DNA of 64,000 nucleotides from Candidatus Babelota bacterium (GTDB lineage Bacteria; Babelota; Babeliae; Babelales; CAIQNR01): NCBI GenBank assembly GCA_965658655.1, contig CBFHTA010000001.1, positions 178,507 to 242,506 of the forward strand, read 5' to 3'. Shown piece by piece: positions 63,309 to 64,000 of this stretch (position 1 is its first letter; each line of letters starts with the position of its first letter). The notes under the pieces were generated by a model. It saw only the letters and a program-made list of their open reading frames with translations, ran no database searches and was not told where the DNA came from. The position numbers and the translations under genes were made by a program.

Positions 63309-64000
63309 ATGAATAACAATACAAAAAAAGAACTTTTGCATTACTTTGCAAAGTTTGTAACCAAAAATAGACAAGAAAAAATAAAAAAAATTTTGCCGTT
63401 AAGGACGCGTCGTGTGGCTGTTGCTTTAGAAGATATTTATCAATCTTCTAATACTTCTGCCATTTTACGCACTTGTGATGGTCTTGGCGTCCAAGATGTG
63501 CATTGTATTGAGGGGCGAAATCCGTTTGATGTAAATGCGGGCATCTCACTTGGGGCAGCGAAATGGCTTACAGTGGATCGTTACCGCACAGAAGAAAATC
63601 AAACAAATAATGCTACTCAAGAATGTATCGAGTCTTTGAAAAAAGAGGGATATAAAATTGTTGCTACTTCTCCGCATGCAACAAAAGCGATTTCAGACCT
63701 GCCTGTTGAAGATAAAACAATGTTTTTGTTTGGTGTAGAAGATGAAGGGCTCACAGAACAAGCTATTGATCTTGCAGATGAGGTAGTAGAAATTCCAATG
63801 TACGGTTTTGTAGAAAGTTTTAATGTATCCGTTAGTGTAGCGCTTTGTTTGTATGATTTTACTAGACGCTTAAGAAGCTCTGGTATAAGCTGGGAGCTGT
63901 CTGAAGAAGAGCAGCTTGACCTTGAAATTGACTGGATGCGAAATTCTGTAGAAAATGCAGATGCACTTGAACGACGATTTTTTGAAGATCAAAAAAAATA
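63309..64000 (+). CDS. trmH: SpoU/TrmH-family RNA 2'-O-methyltransferase (3' end outside the window)
   Basis: Not in the ORF track because no stop falls inside the window. Manual translation from the ATG at 63309 gives MNNNTKKELLHYF...VAVALEDIYQSSNTSAILRTCDGLGVQDVH...FLFGVEDEGLT...EIPMYGFVESFNVSVSVALCLY, the three SpoU motifs in a TrmH-like layout. Confidence 0.85.
   Translation, partial: MNNNTKKELLHYFAKFVTKNRQEKIKKILPLRTRRVAVALEDIYQSSNTSAILRTCDGLGVQDVHCIEGRNPFDVNAGISLGAAKWLTVDRYRTEENQTNNATQECIESLKKEGYKIVATSPHATKAISDLPVEDKTMFLFGVEDEGLTEQAIDLADEVVEIPMYGFVESFNVSVSVALCLYDFTRRLRSSGISWELSEEEQLDLEIDWMRNSVENADALERRFFEDQKK

Overview
AT-rich, gene-dense bacterial chromosomal window with about 60 genes, many joined by 4-nt start/stop overlaps. 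No transposase, integrase, phage gene or CRISPR array is visible. Housekeeping genes: eno (partial), moxR-type ATPase, dcd, mlaF/mlaE, secG, tpiA, clpB, a short uvrC, an M23 peptidase, glnA, atpD-atpC, a glutathione peroxidase, a PfkB kinase, lon, a LolD-like ABC ATPase, murJ, initiator tRNA-fMet, comM/yifB and trmH (partial). Among them is a large envelope and host-interaction complement. (1) A secretion/pilus operon at 804-9340 carries two secretin genes (gspC-like, secretin 1, pilM/N-like fusion, pilO-like, secretin 2). A separate gspF-G-H-I-J-K-like locus sits at 56057-60721, and no gspE ATPase lies next to either locus. (2) A translationally coupled operon at 20138-31076 encodes three giant signal-peptide proteins (1195, 1054 and 1397 aa) that I cannot place in any family. 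Two are diverged paralogs with hydrophobic, Inc-like segments and a beta-sandwich-like C-terminal module. This is my best candidate for an undescribed system. (3) Eukaryote-like or secreted oddities: a SET-domain protein, an ankyrin-repeat protein, a glutamine synthetase with an apparent Sec signal peptide, a signal-peptide protein ending in a Fis-type HTH, a cysteine-string-like small protein, and an MCE (MlaD-like) protein with a long beta-rich C-terminal extension. Non-coding observations: four phased TTAAGCTTAA palindromes upstream of the SET gene, near-identical signal-peptide-coding cassettes shared by unrelated neighbouring genes, and a structured G8/C6-closed element in the glnA 3' region. 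The content suggests a host-associated or intracellular lineage (possibly Dependentiae/TM6-like), but that is inference only. All family calls come from motifs read by eye in the supplied translations. No searches were run.
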